From the NCBI GenBank assembly GCA_028691515.1, contig JAQUZE010000005.1:14860-78859 (forward strand): DNA of 64,000 bases. The letters run 5' to 3'. The notes beneath the pieces were generated by a model. The model searched no databases. It saw only the letters and a list, made by a program, of their open reading frames with translations, and had not been told where the DNA came from. Positions 46,011-57,706 of the stretch are shown here, piece after piece (the first letter of the stretch is position 1; every line of letters starts with the position of its first letter). Both the position numbers and the translations under genes were made by a program. Origin of the DNA: Bacilli bacterium (GTDB lineage Bacteria; Bacillota_I; Bacilli_A; ML615J-28; CAG-698).

Positions 46011-48098
46011 ATGCTAAATTTATTAAATGATAAGCAAAAAGAAGCGGTTTTAAGAACCGAAGGTCCCGTGATTATATATGCAGGGGCTGGTTCAGGAAAA
46101 ACAAGGACTTTAACTTATCGAATTGCTTACATGATCGAGTATATGAATATTCCTCCTTTTAATATACTTGCTATTACTTTTACAAATAAAGCAACTAATG
46201 AAATGAAATTCAGATTATCTGAAATGCTTGGGAATAAGTTAAAAGAACTTACAATTTCAACATTTCATTCTTTTTGCGTAAGAATATTGAGAAAAGAAAT
46301 AAAAAAATTAGGATATGAAAATAATTTTTTTATTTTGGATGATGAAGATCAGTTAAAAATTATTAATGAAATATACAAAGAAGAAAATTATAATAAATCT
46401 TTTATATCACCAAAACAAATGCAAAACAAATTAAATTATTATAAATGCCACGATATTAAAGCAGATACTGAAATGGAAATTTCAATTTTAAGGTCATATG
46501 AAAGAAAAACAAAAGAATATAATTCTTTAGATTTTCAAGATTTATTGATAAAAACAAGAGAATTATTTGCACATTTTCCCCGAGTTTTAGAAAAATATCA
46601 AGAAAAGTATAAATATATTTTAATTGATGAGTTTCAAGATACAGATAATATACAATATGATATTATCAAAATGTTAGCAAATAAATACAAAAATATATTT
46701 GTTGTTGGAGATGATGATCAAAGTATTTATAGTTTTAGAGGTACGAATTTTAAAAATATGCATTTTTTTAAAAAAGATTTTGAAGGTTGTTTTACAGTTT
46801 ATTTAACACAAAATTATCGTTCAACTCAAACTATTTTAGATGGTGCTAATAAATTAATCTCTCATAATGAAAATAGAGAGGCTAAAGAGCTTTTTTCTAA
46901 TATTGAAGGTAGTAAATACGATGTGACAATATTTCAAGCATACAACGAAAAAGAGGAAGTTGATTATGTTTTAGATGAAATTTCAACTTTAAAAAATAAA
47001 GGTTATAAACATAAAAATATTGCTATTTTATATAGAAATTCTTCAATTCTTAGAAATTATGAATTAGGAATGATTCACAGAAAGTTACCATATAAAATAT
47101 ATGGTGGAATTTCTTATTTGAGAAGAATGGAAATTAAAGACGCTATTGCATATTTAAAGCTATTGGTTGATGATAATGATTTTTTTAGCTTAAAAAGAAT
47201 TATTAATGTTCCTGTAAGGAATATTGGTTTAACTTCTGTTTATAAATTAGAGCTTATTAAAAGAGAAAAAGGATACAATATTTTTAACTTGATTGAAAAT
47301 TCTTTAGAAGTATTAACTGAGGCAAAGTATAAGAGTTTATTAGAATTAAAAAAAATAATAGTCAAATATAAATCAAAATTAGAACAGGATTCATTAGTAA
47401 ATATTTTTTCAAATTATTTAACTGAAATAGGATATTATGATTTTTTAAAAGGGATAGATGATAATATTGATAGGGTTGATAATTTAAATGAATTTAAATC
47501 TATTTTATATACTATGGATGAAGAAGATCTTGATTTAAATAATAAAGAGAAACTATTGAGATTTTTTGATGAAGCAACACTTTCAGATAATATTACAAGA
47601 AAAACAAATAATAATGGAATTTTATTATCAACAATTCATTCAGTAAAAGGCTTGGAATTTGATGTAGTGTTTCTAGTTGCTATGGAAGAAGGGATTTTTC
47701 CTAATCCTTATCGCTTTGTTACCGAAGAAGAAATTGAAGAAGAAAGAAGAGTAGCGTATGTTGCTGTTACTAGAGCTAAACAAAAATTGTTTTTAACAAA
47801 TTCAAAAACAAGATTATTATATGGCAATACTAAAAGAAATTCTGTATCTAGATTTTTGCTTGAATTTACAGGTGAAAATAATAATTCAAAAACAAGTACT
47901 TTTTTAGAGGCTGAGCCACATAAGTTTTTTGATGAGAGGGAAGAGTTGGTGTTGCAATCAGGAGATAAGGTTTTAAATCTTAAATATGGAGAAGGAACAG
48001 TACTTAAGATTGAAAAAGATATTGCTCAAATAGTATTTCCTAAAAGTGGAGTTATTACAAAATTTTTAATTGATTCTAAATTTTTAAAGAAAATATAA
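46011..48098 (+). CDS. pcrA: ATP-dependent DNA helicase PcrA/UvrD
   Basis: SF1A motifs AGAGSGKT, IDEFQDT, VGDDDQSIYSFRG, QNYRST, TIHSVKGLEFD and VAYVAVTRAK. Confidence 0.92.
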   Translation: MLNLLNDKQKEAVLRTEGPVIIYAGAGSGKTRTLTYRIAYMIEYMNIPPFNILAITFTNKATNEMKFRLSEMLGNKLKELTISTFHSFCVRILRKEIKKLGYENNFFILDDEDQLKIINEIYKEENYNKSFISPKQMQNKLNYYKCHDIKADTEMEISILRSYERKTKEYNSLDFQDLLIKTRELFAHFPRVLEKYQEKYKYILIDEFQDTDNIQYDIIKMLANKYKNIFVVGDDDQSIYSFRGTNFKNMHFFKKDFEGCFTVYLTQNYRSTQTILDGANKLISHNENREAKELFSNIEGSKYDVTIFQAYNEKEEVDYVLDEISTLKNKGYKHKNIAILYRNSSILRNYELGMIHRKLPYKIYGGISYLRRMEIKDAIAYLKLLVDDNDFFSLKRIINVPVRNIGLTSVYKLELIKREKGYNIFNLIENSLEVLTEAKYKSLLELKKIIVKYKSKLEQDSLVNIFSNYLTEIGYYDFLKGIDDNIDRVDNLNEFKSILYTMDEEDLDLNNKEKLLRFFDEATLSDNITRKTNNNGILLSTIHSVKGLEFDVVFLVAMEEGIFPNPYRFVTEEEIEEERRVAYVAVTRAKQKLFLTNSKTRLLYGNTKRNSVSRFLLEFTGENNNSKTSTFLEAEPHKFFDEREELVLQSGDKVLNLKYGEGTVLKIEKDIAQIVFPKSGVITKFLIDSKFLKKI

Positions 48099-48128
48099 GT
48101 ACATTTTTAAAAAATGTACTTTTTTTTA
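48098..48128 (+). terminator. Rho-independent terminator after pcrA
   Basis: AGTACATTTT/AAAATGTACT stem followed by a T8 run. Confidence 0.75.
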
Positions 48129-48186
48129 ACATTTACCAATAAAAGTAAGGTTTCAAACGTATAGATAGTGTATGGAGGATAATAAT

Positions 48187-49401
48187 ATGAAAAATATTAA
48201 AAAAATTGTTTTAGTTTTAGTTTTGGGAATTATTAGTTTGGTGTTTTTTGGTTGTACTGTAAATGAAACACAAAATGTATTTACTGATAGTAAAGATGTA
48301 ATTGCTTTTGAAGCTATGTCTGGTGTTGAGTTATTAGCTACTGGTGATGAAGAAATGCCATTGGTTGGACCTGTTAATGATTTAGTTGAAGAATCTGCAG
48401 TTGAAGAAGAAGTTGATGTTCTTAATAAATATTTAGGAATAATGGAAAAATATTTAAAAACTGATAATGGACTTAGTATTTCAGAGGAAATATCAGATAA
48501 GGAAGAATATGAAAAATTAGTTATTATTAGAACTGTAGATATGACAGGGGCAGAATTAGAATATTATTTATATTATAATGAAATAACTATTGAAGAAGAA
48601 ACAGATGAAGTAGAAGAAACAGATGAAGTAGAAGAGACTGATGAAGTAGAAGAGACTGATGAAGTAGAAGAGACTGATGAAGTAGAAGAGACTGATGAAG
48701 TAGAAGAAACAGATGAAGTAGAAGAAACAGATGAAGTAGAAGAGACTGATGAAGCAGAAGAAACAGATGAAGTAGAAGAGACTGATGAAGCAGAAGAGAC
48801 TGATGAAGTAGAAGAAGATGAAGAAAAAGAATATTTAATTGAAGGAATATTAATAGTTAATGAAATTGAATATACTTTAGAAGGATTTAGAGAAGTCGAA
48901 GAAGACGAAGAAACTTTAATGCTTATGGCTAAAGTTGATGAAAACAATTTTGTTAGAATACATTATGAAATTGAAGAAGACGAAAGAGTTTTTAATTATT
49001 TTGTAAAAGAAGACGGAATTGTTACTAGAACAAAAGTAAAAGTTGAAGAAGAAAATGACGGAATTAAAGTTCAACTTTCATTTGTTGAGGGAACAGCAAA
49101 AGGTAATTATAGTTTTAAAATGTCAACTGATGATGATGGTGTTGAAGTCATTAAAGTAAAATATACTCTTAGATTAGATAATGAAAAAACTGAAGAAGGT
49201 CATATTCATATTTATGTAACTATTAATGAAGAAACTGGAGAAGTTGTTTATGATTATAAATTATTTGATAATGGGAACAAACTAAAGAATGAGATGAAAA
49301 AACATAGAAGAGGACATCACGGAGAAGTTCCTGAAGATTTTCAAGGGGGAAATGATCAAGATAATGGATCTGGAAATACTAATGGTGGAAAAAGATTTTA
49401 A
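48187..49401 (+). CDS. Acidic repeat-containing lipoprotein, paralog of the downstream anti-sigma ectodomain
   Basis: Signal peptide with lipobox FFGC. A GGAGGA SD lies 7 nt before ATG 48187. Contains (ETDE[V/A]E)x12. Shares collinear motif blocks with the ORF at 49996-51270. Confidence 0.7.
   Translation: MKNIKKIVLVLVLGIISLVFFGCTVNETQNVFTDSKDVIAFEAMSGVELLATGDEEMPLVGPVNDLVEESAVEEEVDVLNKYLGIMEKYLKTDNGLSISEEISDKEEYEKLVIIRTVDMTGAELEYYLYYNEITIEEETDEVEETDEVEETDEVEETDEVEETDEVEETDEVEETDEVEETDEVEETDEAEETDEVEETDEAEETDEVEEDEEKEYLIEGILIVNEIEYTLEGFREVEEDEETLMLMAKVDENNFVRIHYEIEEDERVFNYFVKEDGIVTRTKVKVEEENDGIKVQLSFVEGTAKGNYSFKMSTDDDGVEVIKVKYTLRLDNEKTEEGHIHIYVTINEETGEVVYDYKLFDNGNKLKNEMKKHRRGHHGEVPEDFQGGNDQDNGSGNTNGGKRF
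48598..48813 (+). repeat. In-frame 18-nt tandem repeat, 12 copies, encoding ETDE(V/A)E
   Basis: Direct reading shows two unit types, GAAACAGATGAAGTAGAA and GAGACTGATGAAGTAGAA, in the order 2-4-2-1-1-2. Two units carry GTA>GCA. Confidence 0.95.
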
Positions 49402-49475
49402 TAAATCTAAATTTGCAAAAACTATTAATCACAAATAAATTTATGATATAATAACTCTGCTAAGGAGTTAGGAAT

Positions 49476-50003
49476 ATGTTAGATTATGATAGTTATGTAG
49501 ATGATTTAATTTTAAAAGATGAAGAAGCTTTTAGAATAATATATGATGATACTAAAAATGCCGTTTTTGGTATCATCATTTCTGTTGTAAAAGATAGGAA
49601 TCTTGCAGAAGATGTTATGCAAGATACATATATTAAAATGATTAAATCGATTAGAATATATAAAAGAAATGGTAAGTTTATTAATTGGCTTTTAACAATC
49701 GCAAAGAATCAAGCTATTGATTATTATCGTAAACGAAATAAAGAAGTTCTACTTGATTATAATGATGAGACTAATGAGCCTTTATTAAAAGATGATAATA
49801 ATTTTACTTTTTCATTAGAAACTAACAGATTGTTAGATTTGCTTAGTGATATAGAAAGAGAAATAGTTATTTTAAAGATTGTTAATGATTTTAAATTTAG
49901 AGAAATTGCTGAGTTTGTGGGTAAGCCTTTAGGTACAGTATTGTGGATATATAATAAAAGTATTAAAAAAATGCAAGAAGCAGAAGGGAGTAATAATGAT
50001 TAA
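49476..50003 (+). CDS. ECF-type sigma-70 family RNA polymerase sigma factor
   Basis: Region 2 (DVMQDTYIKMIKS...NWLLTIAKNQAIDYYRKR) and region 4 HTH (EREIVILKIVNDFKFREIAEFVGKPLGTV). Confidence 0.85.
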   Translation: MLDYDSYVDDLILKDEEAFRIIYDDTKNAVFGIIISVVKDRNLAEDVMQDTYIKMIKSIRIYKRNGKFINWLLTIAKNQAIDYYRKRNKEVLLDYNDETNEPLLKDDNNFTFSLETNRLLDLLSDIEREIVILKIVNDFKFREIAEFVGKPLGTVLWIYNKSIKKMQEAEGSNND

Positions 50004-51270
50004 AAGAAAAGAATTAAAAGATAAGATTAAAAATGATATTTATCAGAGTACTCCTGATGTTTTTTCAAAGATTAAATTAGATCAGATTGCTGTTGACCCA
50101 TATCAGGAAAAAGAAATAAATAGAAAAAAATTTAAAATTAGTTATAAGCATGCTTTTTCTTCATTGATTACTTTAGTTTTGGTTTTTGTGGTAGTGGTAT
50201 TGATAGCTAAACCAAGACAGGAAATAATTCCTGAACCAGTATATAATTATTCGCCTCTAGATTCAAGCGAAGAGGTCTATGCTGTATCAAGTGTAATAGC
50301 TACAAATTTATTTTTAGCTTCCTTTTCGGATAATGATAATCTCTCTTTAAATGAAAATGTTAATGAAATGTTGATTGATTCACAATATGATAATTTAAAT
50401 AAAGTTTTAAATTCAATTGAGTCTTTAATAAATAACAAACAAAAAAATAGTATTGTTCAATTAAAATCAGATGATAATAATTATGAGTTTTTACTTGAAA
50501 TTAGCTCTGTTGATTTAATGATGTTTGAAGATACTTATTATTTATATTATAATGTTGTTGAAGAAGATTTATCATTGCTTAAATTTAAAGATGATGATAA
50601 TGGTAGAGGAAAAGACGATGACGAAGAAGATGATGAAGATTATGATAAAGAACATGAATATGAAGAAGAAAAAGATGATATAACAAAAGATATTAAAGAT
50701 CTAGATGATACAATTAATGGAGTTGTTAAATTAAGAATAGAAGGAAAAATAATATATAAAAACAATCCAAATTTTAATTATATTGTTGAAGGAATGATTT
50801 TAGATAATAAAAATATCGAAAAAATAGTTTTTGATGTGTATGAAGAAAATAATTTAAATAATTATATAAGAATTATTCAATCAGAAAACAAAGATAAACA
50901 GATATTTATTTTTGAAGAGTTTAGTGATGCTATTTTAATTTCTAAAAACTATATGGTTTTAAAAGTTGATGAAGATAATGATTATTCAGCTGATTTAATA
51001 GTTGTTGATTTAATTAGTGATTTAATGTCTAAATATGAAATTTCAAAAGATTTTGATGATAACGAAATGGAAATAGAGTATTTAATATTATTTAGTGGAC
51101 AGATGGAAGAAGGCGAGATTGAAGTAAATATTATAAAGGTTGGAAATCAATACCAATATAATTATAAGACTAAGAATGAAAAAGGGAATAGTGATCATAA
51201 GGAAAAGAGATTTAGATTTAGTGGTGAGTCTCATTCCGGGGAAGGACCTTTAGTTTTCACTTCTGTTTAG
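49996..51270 (+). CDS. Putative single-pass anti-sigma factor with a ~340-aa extracytoplasmic domain
   Basis: Overlaps the sigma gene by 8 nt. ~55-aa cytoplasmic N-terminus, one TM (LITLVLVFVVVVLIA), and an acidic-insert ectodomain. No HxxxCxxC zinc motif seen. Confidence 0.65.
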   Translation: MIKRKELKDKIKNDIYQSTPDVFSKIKLDQIAVDPYQEKEINRKKFKISYKHAFSSLITLVLVFVVVVLIAKPRQEIIPEPVYNYSPLDSSEEVYAVSSVIATNLFLASFSDNDNLSLNENVNEMLIDSQYDNLNKVLNSIESLINNKQKNSIVQLKSDDNNYEFLLEISSVDLMMFEDTYYLYYNVVEEDLSLLKFKDDDNGRGKDDDEEDDEDYDKEHEYEEEKDDITKDIKDLDDTINGVVKLRIEGKIIYKNNPNFNYIVEGMILDNKNIEKIVFDVYEENNLNNYIRIIQSENKDKQIFIFEEFSDAILISKNYMVLKVDEDNDYSADLIVVDLISDLMSKYEISKDFDDNEMEIEYLILFSGQMEEGEIEVNIIKVGNQYQYNYKTKNEKGNSDHKEKRFRFSGESHSGEGPLVFTSV

Positions 51271-51280
51271 AAAAAAATAT

Positions 51281-51311
51281 AAAGAAGCTAATAAATTAGC
51301 TTCTTTTTTTA
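51281..51311 (+). terminator. Rho-independent terminator after the anti-sigma gene
   Basis: AAAGAAGCTA/TAGCTTCTTT 10-bp stem, 6-nt loop, T-run. Confidence 0.8.
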
Positions 51312-51352
51312 TTTTCGTTTTAATCAAAAAGGTTTATAAATAAGCCTCTTTA

Positions 51353-53361
<2,009 letters not shown>

Positions 53362-53369
53362 AGGTTTAT

Positions 53370-56192
53370 ATGCAAAAATATATAGATATTAAAGGGGCTC
53401 GTTCTAATAATTTAAAAAATGTTAGTTTGAAAATACCCAAAGAAAAATTAATAATTATGACTGGGTTATCGGGTTCTGGTAAGTCTTCTTTAGCTTTTGA
53501 TACTATTTATGCTGAAGGACAGAGGAGATATATTGATAGTCTTTCTGCTTATGCTAGACAGTTTTTAGGTAATATTGATAAACCAGATGTAGATTATATA
53601 GGGGGACTTTCTCCAGCAATTTCAATTGATCAAAAAAGCACTCATAATAATCCTAGATCTATTGTTGGCACAGTTACAGAAATTTATGATTATTTAAGAC
53701 TATTATATGCTAGAGTAGGAAAAGCTTATTGTCCTGAGCATAATGTTCTAATTTCTGCTCAAACTATTACTCAAATGGTTGATAAGATATATGAATATGA
53801 ACAGGGTTCAAGATTTATTATATATAGTCCTATTGTTTGGGGACAAAAAGGAAGCCATGAAAAAACAATTGAATTAATAAAAAAAGAGGGGTTTTCAAAG
53901 GTTAGAATTGATGGTTCTGTTTTTGATTTAACAACAGATGAAATAAATTTGGAAAAAAACAATAAACATAATATTGATATAGTTATAGATAGAATTAAAA
54001 TTAGAGATGATATTAGAAGTAGAGTATATGATTCTTTAGAAACAGCTTTAAAACTAGGAGATGGAAAAGTAACAGTAGATATTAATGGAGAAGAAAAAGT
54101 TTTTAGCGAATTGCTTGCTTGTCCATTTTGCGATTTTTCTATTCCTAAATTAGAACCAAGATTATTTTCGTTTAATTCTCCTTTTGGAGCTTGTGATGAG
54201 TGTAATGGGCTTGGTGTTTTACAAAAAATTGATATTAATCTTTTAGTTACTAATCCTGAAAAATCTATTAGAAAAGGTGCTATAAAGTATTTAAAAAACC
54301 TTGTTGATACGGAAAATATCGAGTGGCAAACTTTTAAACAATTGGCTGATTTTTATAAAATTGATTTAAATAAACCATATGAAGAATTATCTTTAGAAGA
54401 ACAAGATATTATATTGAATGGTTCTAAAGAACCAATTAAATATGTGCTTCATACTAGAGGAAATAATACATATCAAAAAACTCAATATATTGAAGGTGTA
54501 GCTACTTTAATTGAAAGAAGATATATGCAAACAACTTCTAATGCTGCAAGGGATTATTATAATTCATATTTATCTGATTTTACTTGTCCCAAATGCCAAG
54601 GTAAAAGATTATCAAAAGAAGCATTGGCAGTTAAAATTGGTGGAATTAATATTTTTGAAATGATAGATTTATCTATTAAAGATTTATATGTTTTTTTAAG
54701 CAATTTAGTTTTAAGTGAGAATGATACAAAAATTGCTGATTTAGTTTTAAGAGAAATTAAATCTAGACTTGAGTTTTTAATTAACGTTGGTTTAGATTAT
54801 TTAACATTATCAAGACAAGCAGGATCTTTAAGTGGCGGTGAGAGTCAAAGGATTAGGCTTGCTACACAAATAGGATCTAAATTAACTGGTGTGCTGTATG
54901 TTCTTGATGAGCCATCAATTGGTCTTCATCAACGGGATAATGCTAGATTGATTAAAGCTTTAAAAGAAATGAGAGATTTAGGTAATACTTTAATAGTTGT
55001 TGAGCATGATGAGGAAATTATGAGAGAGTCTGATTATATTATTGATGTTGGACCTTATGCTGGAATTCATGGTGGAGAAATTGTTGCTGCTGGGACTCTT
55101 GAAGAAGTGATGAATAATGAAAATAGTATTACAGGAAAATATTTATCTGGAAAAATGAAGATTAAAATTCCTAAAACGAGACGTAAAGGGAATGGCAAGT
55201 TTTTAACTATTAAAGGTGCAAGATGTAATAATCTTAAAAATATTGATGTTAGTATTCCTGAAGGAACACTAACTTTAGTTACTGGTGTAAGCGGCTCTGG
55301 TAAGAGTAGTCTTATAACAGAGATTTTATGGAAAGCAATGAGTAGAAAATTATATCGATCAAAATTAGTTCCAGGAGAGCATGATGATATTTTAGGTATT
55401 GAAGATTATGAAAGAATCATTGCTATTGATCAATCACCAATAGGAAGAACACCAAGAAGTAATCCTGCAACTTATACTGGTGTATTTGATCATATAAGAG
55501 ATTTGTTTGCAAGTACTGTAGAAGCTAAGATGAGAGGTTATAAAAAAGGAAGATTTTCTTTTAATGTTAAGGGTGGCAGATGTGAAAGATGTCAAGGTGA
55601 TGGTGTTATTAGAATAGCAATGCATTTTTTACCTGATGTATATATTCCTTGCGAAGAGTGTCGTGGTAGCAGGTTTAATAGAGAAACATTGGATGTTAAG
55701 TTTAAAGGCAAAACCATTGCTGATGTATTAGATATGACTGTTGATGATGCATATATATTTTTTAAAAATATTGCAAAAATAGAAAATAAATTAAAAACAT
55801 TGGTTGATGTTGGATTAGGATATATTAAATTGGGTCAAGCTTCAACAACTTTATCTGGGGGTGAAGCCCAAAGAGTAAAGCTGGCTAGTGAGTTGTATAA
55901 AAAAATTACTGATAAAACTATTTATCTTCTTGATGAGCCGACTACTGGTCTTCATTCAGACGATGTTATGAGGTTGATGGATGTTATACAGTATATTGTT
56001 AATAATGGTGCAACTGTTGTAATAATTGAACATAATTTAGATATTATTAAGAGTGCTGATTTTGTAATAGATTTAGGTCCTGAAGGAGGAAATGCTGGAG
56101 GAGAGATAGTAGCTTCTGGTACACCAGAGGAAGTAGCTTTAAATTCTAAATCTTATACAGGAATGTATCTTAAAAAAATTTTAAATTTATGA
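53370..56192 (+). CDS. uvrA: Excinuclease ABC subunit A
   Basis: Two ABC modules (GLSGSGKSS, GVSGSGKSS, LSGGESQR, LSGGEAQR) plus zinc-finger Cys clusters. Confidence 0.95.
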   Translation: MQKYIDIKGARSNNLKNVSLKIPKEKLIIMTGLSGSGKSSLAFDTIYAEGQRRYIDSLSAYARQFLGNIDKPDVDYIGGLSPAISIDQKSTHNNPRSIVGTVTEIYDYLRLLYARVGKAYCPEHNVLISAQTITQMVDKIYEYEQGSRFIIYSPIVWGQKGSHEKTIELIKKEGFSKVRIDGSVFDLTTDEINLEKNNKHNIDIVIDRIKIRDDIRSRVYDSLETALKLGDGKVTVDINGEEKVFSELLACPFCDFSIPKLEPRLFSFNSPFGACDECNGLGVLQKIDINLLVTNPEKSIRKGAIKYLKNLVDTENIEWQTFKQLADFYKIDLNKPYEELSLEEQDIILNGSKEPIKYVLHTRGNNTYQKTQYIEGVATLIERRYMQTTSNAARDYYNSYLSDFTCPKCQGKRLSKEALAVKIGGINIFEMIDLSIKDLYVFLSNLVLSENDTKIADLVLREIKSRLEFLINVGLDYLTLSRQAGSLSGGESQRIRLATQIGSKLTGVLYVLDEPSIGLHQRDNARLIKALKEMRDLGNTLIVVEHDEEIMRESDYIIDVGPYAGIHGGEIVAAGTLEEVMNNENSITGKYLSGKMKIKIPKTRRKGNGKFLTIKGARCNNLKNIDVSIPEGTLTLVTGVSGSGKSSLITEILWKAMSRKLYRSKLVPGEHDDILGIEDYERIIAIDQSPIGRTPRSNPATYTGVFDHIRDLFASTVEAKMRGYKKGRFSFNVKGGRCERCQGDGVIRIAMHFLPDVYIPCEECRGSRFNRETLDVKFKGKTIADVLDMTVDDAYIFFKNIAKIENKLKTLVDVGLGYIKLGQASTTLSGGEAQRVKLASELYKKITDKTIYLLDEPTTGLHSDDVMRLMDVIQYIVNNGATVVIIEHNLDIIKSADFVIDLGPEGGNAGGEIVASGTPEEVALNSKSYTGMYLKKILNL

Positions 56193-56220
56193 TATAATAT
56201 TATATCTATTTAGGGGTGAT

Positions 56221-56811
56221 TTGGTGAAAGATAAAAATAATAATGAAATTGAAGAAGAGAAGAAAAATATAAATAAAGATTCCGACACTAAAGATGATAA
56301 TTTTAAAAAAAGAATTGAAGCAAACAAAAAATTTATTGAAGAAATTAAAAAAACACAAGAAAGTAATAAGGAAGATAATACTAATATTATTTTTAAACTT
56401 CCTAAACAAACTTTTGTTAATTTTTTATTTACTTTACTTATAAGTGTAGTAATTGATTATATTTTATTTATTTCAATTACTGGTTATAAGCCTTGGCTTG
56501 AAGTTGAACCACAAAATAAATTTCTTTTATTTTTTACAATATTTACTGTTAGTTTTTCAGTATTAGATACAGTCTTAAGAAATGTTATGTTAAGATTTTT
56601 TCCTAAGATTGTGTTTATGAGTGGTGGAACTATTAATATTTTAATAACAGTGATAGTTTTTATAAGTTGTAGTTTTATACCAAGGATAACTTTAGTATCT
56701 CATTTTGATGTAATTATAATTATTATGCTTTTATTAATTGCAAGAAGTATAATTAATTATTATATAAATAAAAAGATTAACCTTATAGTTATTAAGAAGA
56801 GAAAGAAGTAG
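56221..56811 (+). CDS. Hypothetical membrane protein (acidic/basic N-tail plus 4 TM; possibly DUF360/YvlD-like)
   Basis: TTG or GTG start after an AGGGGTGA SD. Four hydrophobic helices. Its position before lgt echoes the Bacillus yvl region. Confidence 0.45.
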   Translation: MVKDKNNNEIEEEKKNINKDSDTKDDNFKKRIEANKKFIEEIKKTQESNKEDNTNIIFKLPKQTFVNFLFTLLISVVIDYILFISITGYKPWLEVEPQNKFLLFFTIFTVSFSVLDTVLRNVMLRFFPKIVFMSGGTINILITVIVFISCSFIPRITLVSHFDVIIIIMLLLIARSIINYYINKKINLIVIKKRKK

Positions 56812-56818
56812 TGAAGAT

Positions 56819-57703
56819 ATGAACTATATACCACAAATTTTAGCATTACCAAACCACATAGATATTTTTGGATTAAAAATTACTTTTTATGCGATTTGTA
56901 TTATTATTGGAATGTTTTCAGCTTATTATTATGGGCTTAGAATTGCTAAAAAAATTGGCATAAATGAAGATGACTTATTTTGGGGATTTATTATTGGTGT
57001 TGTAGTTGGTGTTTTGGGCGCAAGAATATACTATGTTATTTTTTCTTGGGCTGATTATAAAGATAATATAATTAAAGTGTTAGCTATTAATGAAGGGGGA
57101 CTTGCAATTCACGGAGCTTTAATAGCTGCGGGTATTTTTGCAGTTATTTATGCTAGAATTAAAAAGCTTGATTTGTTAAAAATAATTGAAGTTCTAGCTC
57201 CTGGATTTTTAATAGGGCAAACAGCAGGAAGATGGGGGAATTTTTTTAATCAAGAGGCTAATGGTGGCGAAGTTACAAGAGGGTTTTTAGAAAAAATTCA
57301 TATTCCTGAATTTATTATTAATAATATGTATTTTCGAGATAAAGTGACTGGTATTGTGGGTTATTTTCATCCAACATTTTTCTATGAATTTTTATGGAAT
57401 ATGTCAGGATTACTTGCTATTATTCTTATTAGAAAATTGTGGAAAAAATATTGGATGGGGGATGCCGGTATATTTTACTTAATATGGTATGGTATTGGAA
57501 GATTCTTTATTGAAGGATTAAGAACTGATCCACTTCCAGTAAATATTTTTGGATTGGAATTATTACAAGCTCAAGTTATTTCTGTAATTATGGTTTTTGT
57601 TGGTATAGCATTATTAGTATTAAGAAGAATTTTTAAATATAAACCAATTTCTTTTATGGAAATTATTGAGGAAAATAAGGTTGAAGTTACATTAAAGGAG
57701 TAA
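56819..57703 (+). CDS. lgt: Prolipoprotein diacylglyceryl transferase
   Basis: Lgt signatures YAICIIIG, GARIYYV, GGLAIHGA, GRWGNFFNQE and GRFFIEGLRTD. Confidence 0.93.
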   Translation: MNYIPQILALPNHIDIFGLKITFYAICIIIGMFSAYYYGLRIAKKIGINEDDLFWGFIIGVVVGVLGARIYYVIFSWADYKDNIIKVLAINEGGLAIHGALIAAGIFAVIYARIKKLDLLKIIEVLAPGFLIGQTAGRWGNFFNQEANGGEVTRGFLEKIHIPEFIINNMYFRDKVTGIVGYFHPTFFYEFLWNMSGLLAIILIRKLWKKYWMGDAGIFYLIWYGIGRFFIEGLRTDPLPVNIFGLELLQAQVISVIMVFVGIALLVLRRIFKYKPISFMEIIEENKVEVTLKE

Positions 57704-57706
57704 ATT

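Noticed and set aside
48598-48813. Could the regular 18-nt repeat be a CRISPR array or other non-coding repeat?
   Set aside because: The units are directly adjacent with no spacers, are only 18 nt long, and are in frame within a CDS. No cas genes are in the window.
48573-48947. 124-aa Ser-rich minus-strand ORF running through the 18-nt tandem repeat.
   Set aside because: It is the antisense reading of the GAA/GAT/GTA repeat. The sense frame belongs to a lipoprotein with signal peptide, SD and a paralog downstream.
48099-49475. ECF-type autoregulatory promoter (AAC, ~16-17 nt, CGT) upstream of the lipoprotein or sigma genes.
   Set aside because: CGTA at 48158-48161 has no AAC at the proper spacing. 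Upstream of the sigma gene only a sigma-A-like TGATATAAT is visible. No claim is made.
53370-56192. uvrA without an adjacent uvrB, and lgt without hprK, as signs of gene loss.
   Set aside because: These genes may simply lie elsewhere in the genome. That cannot be judged from one window.
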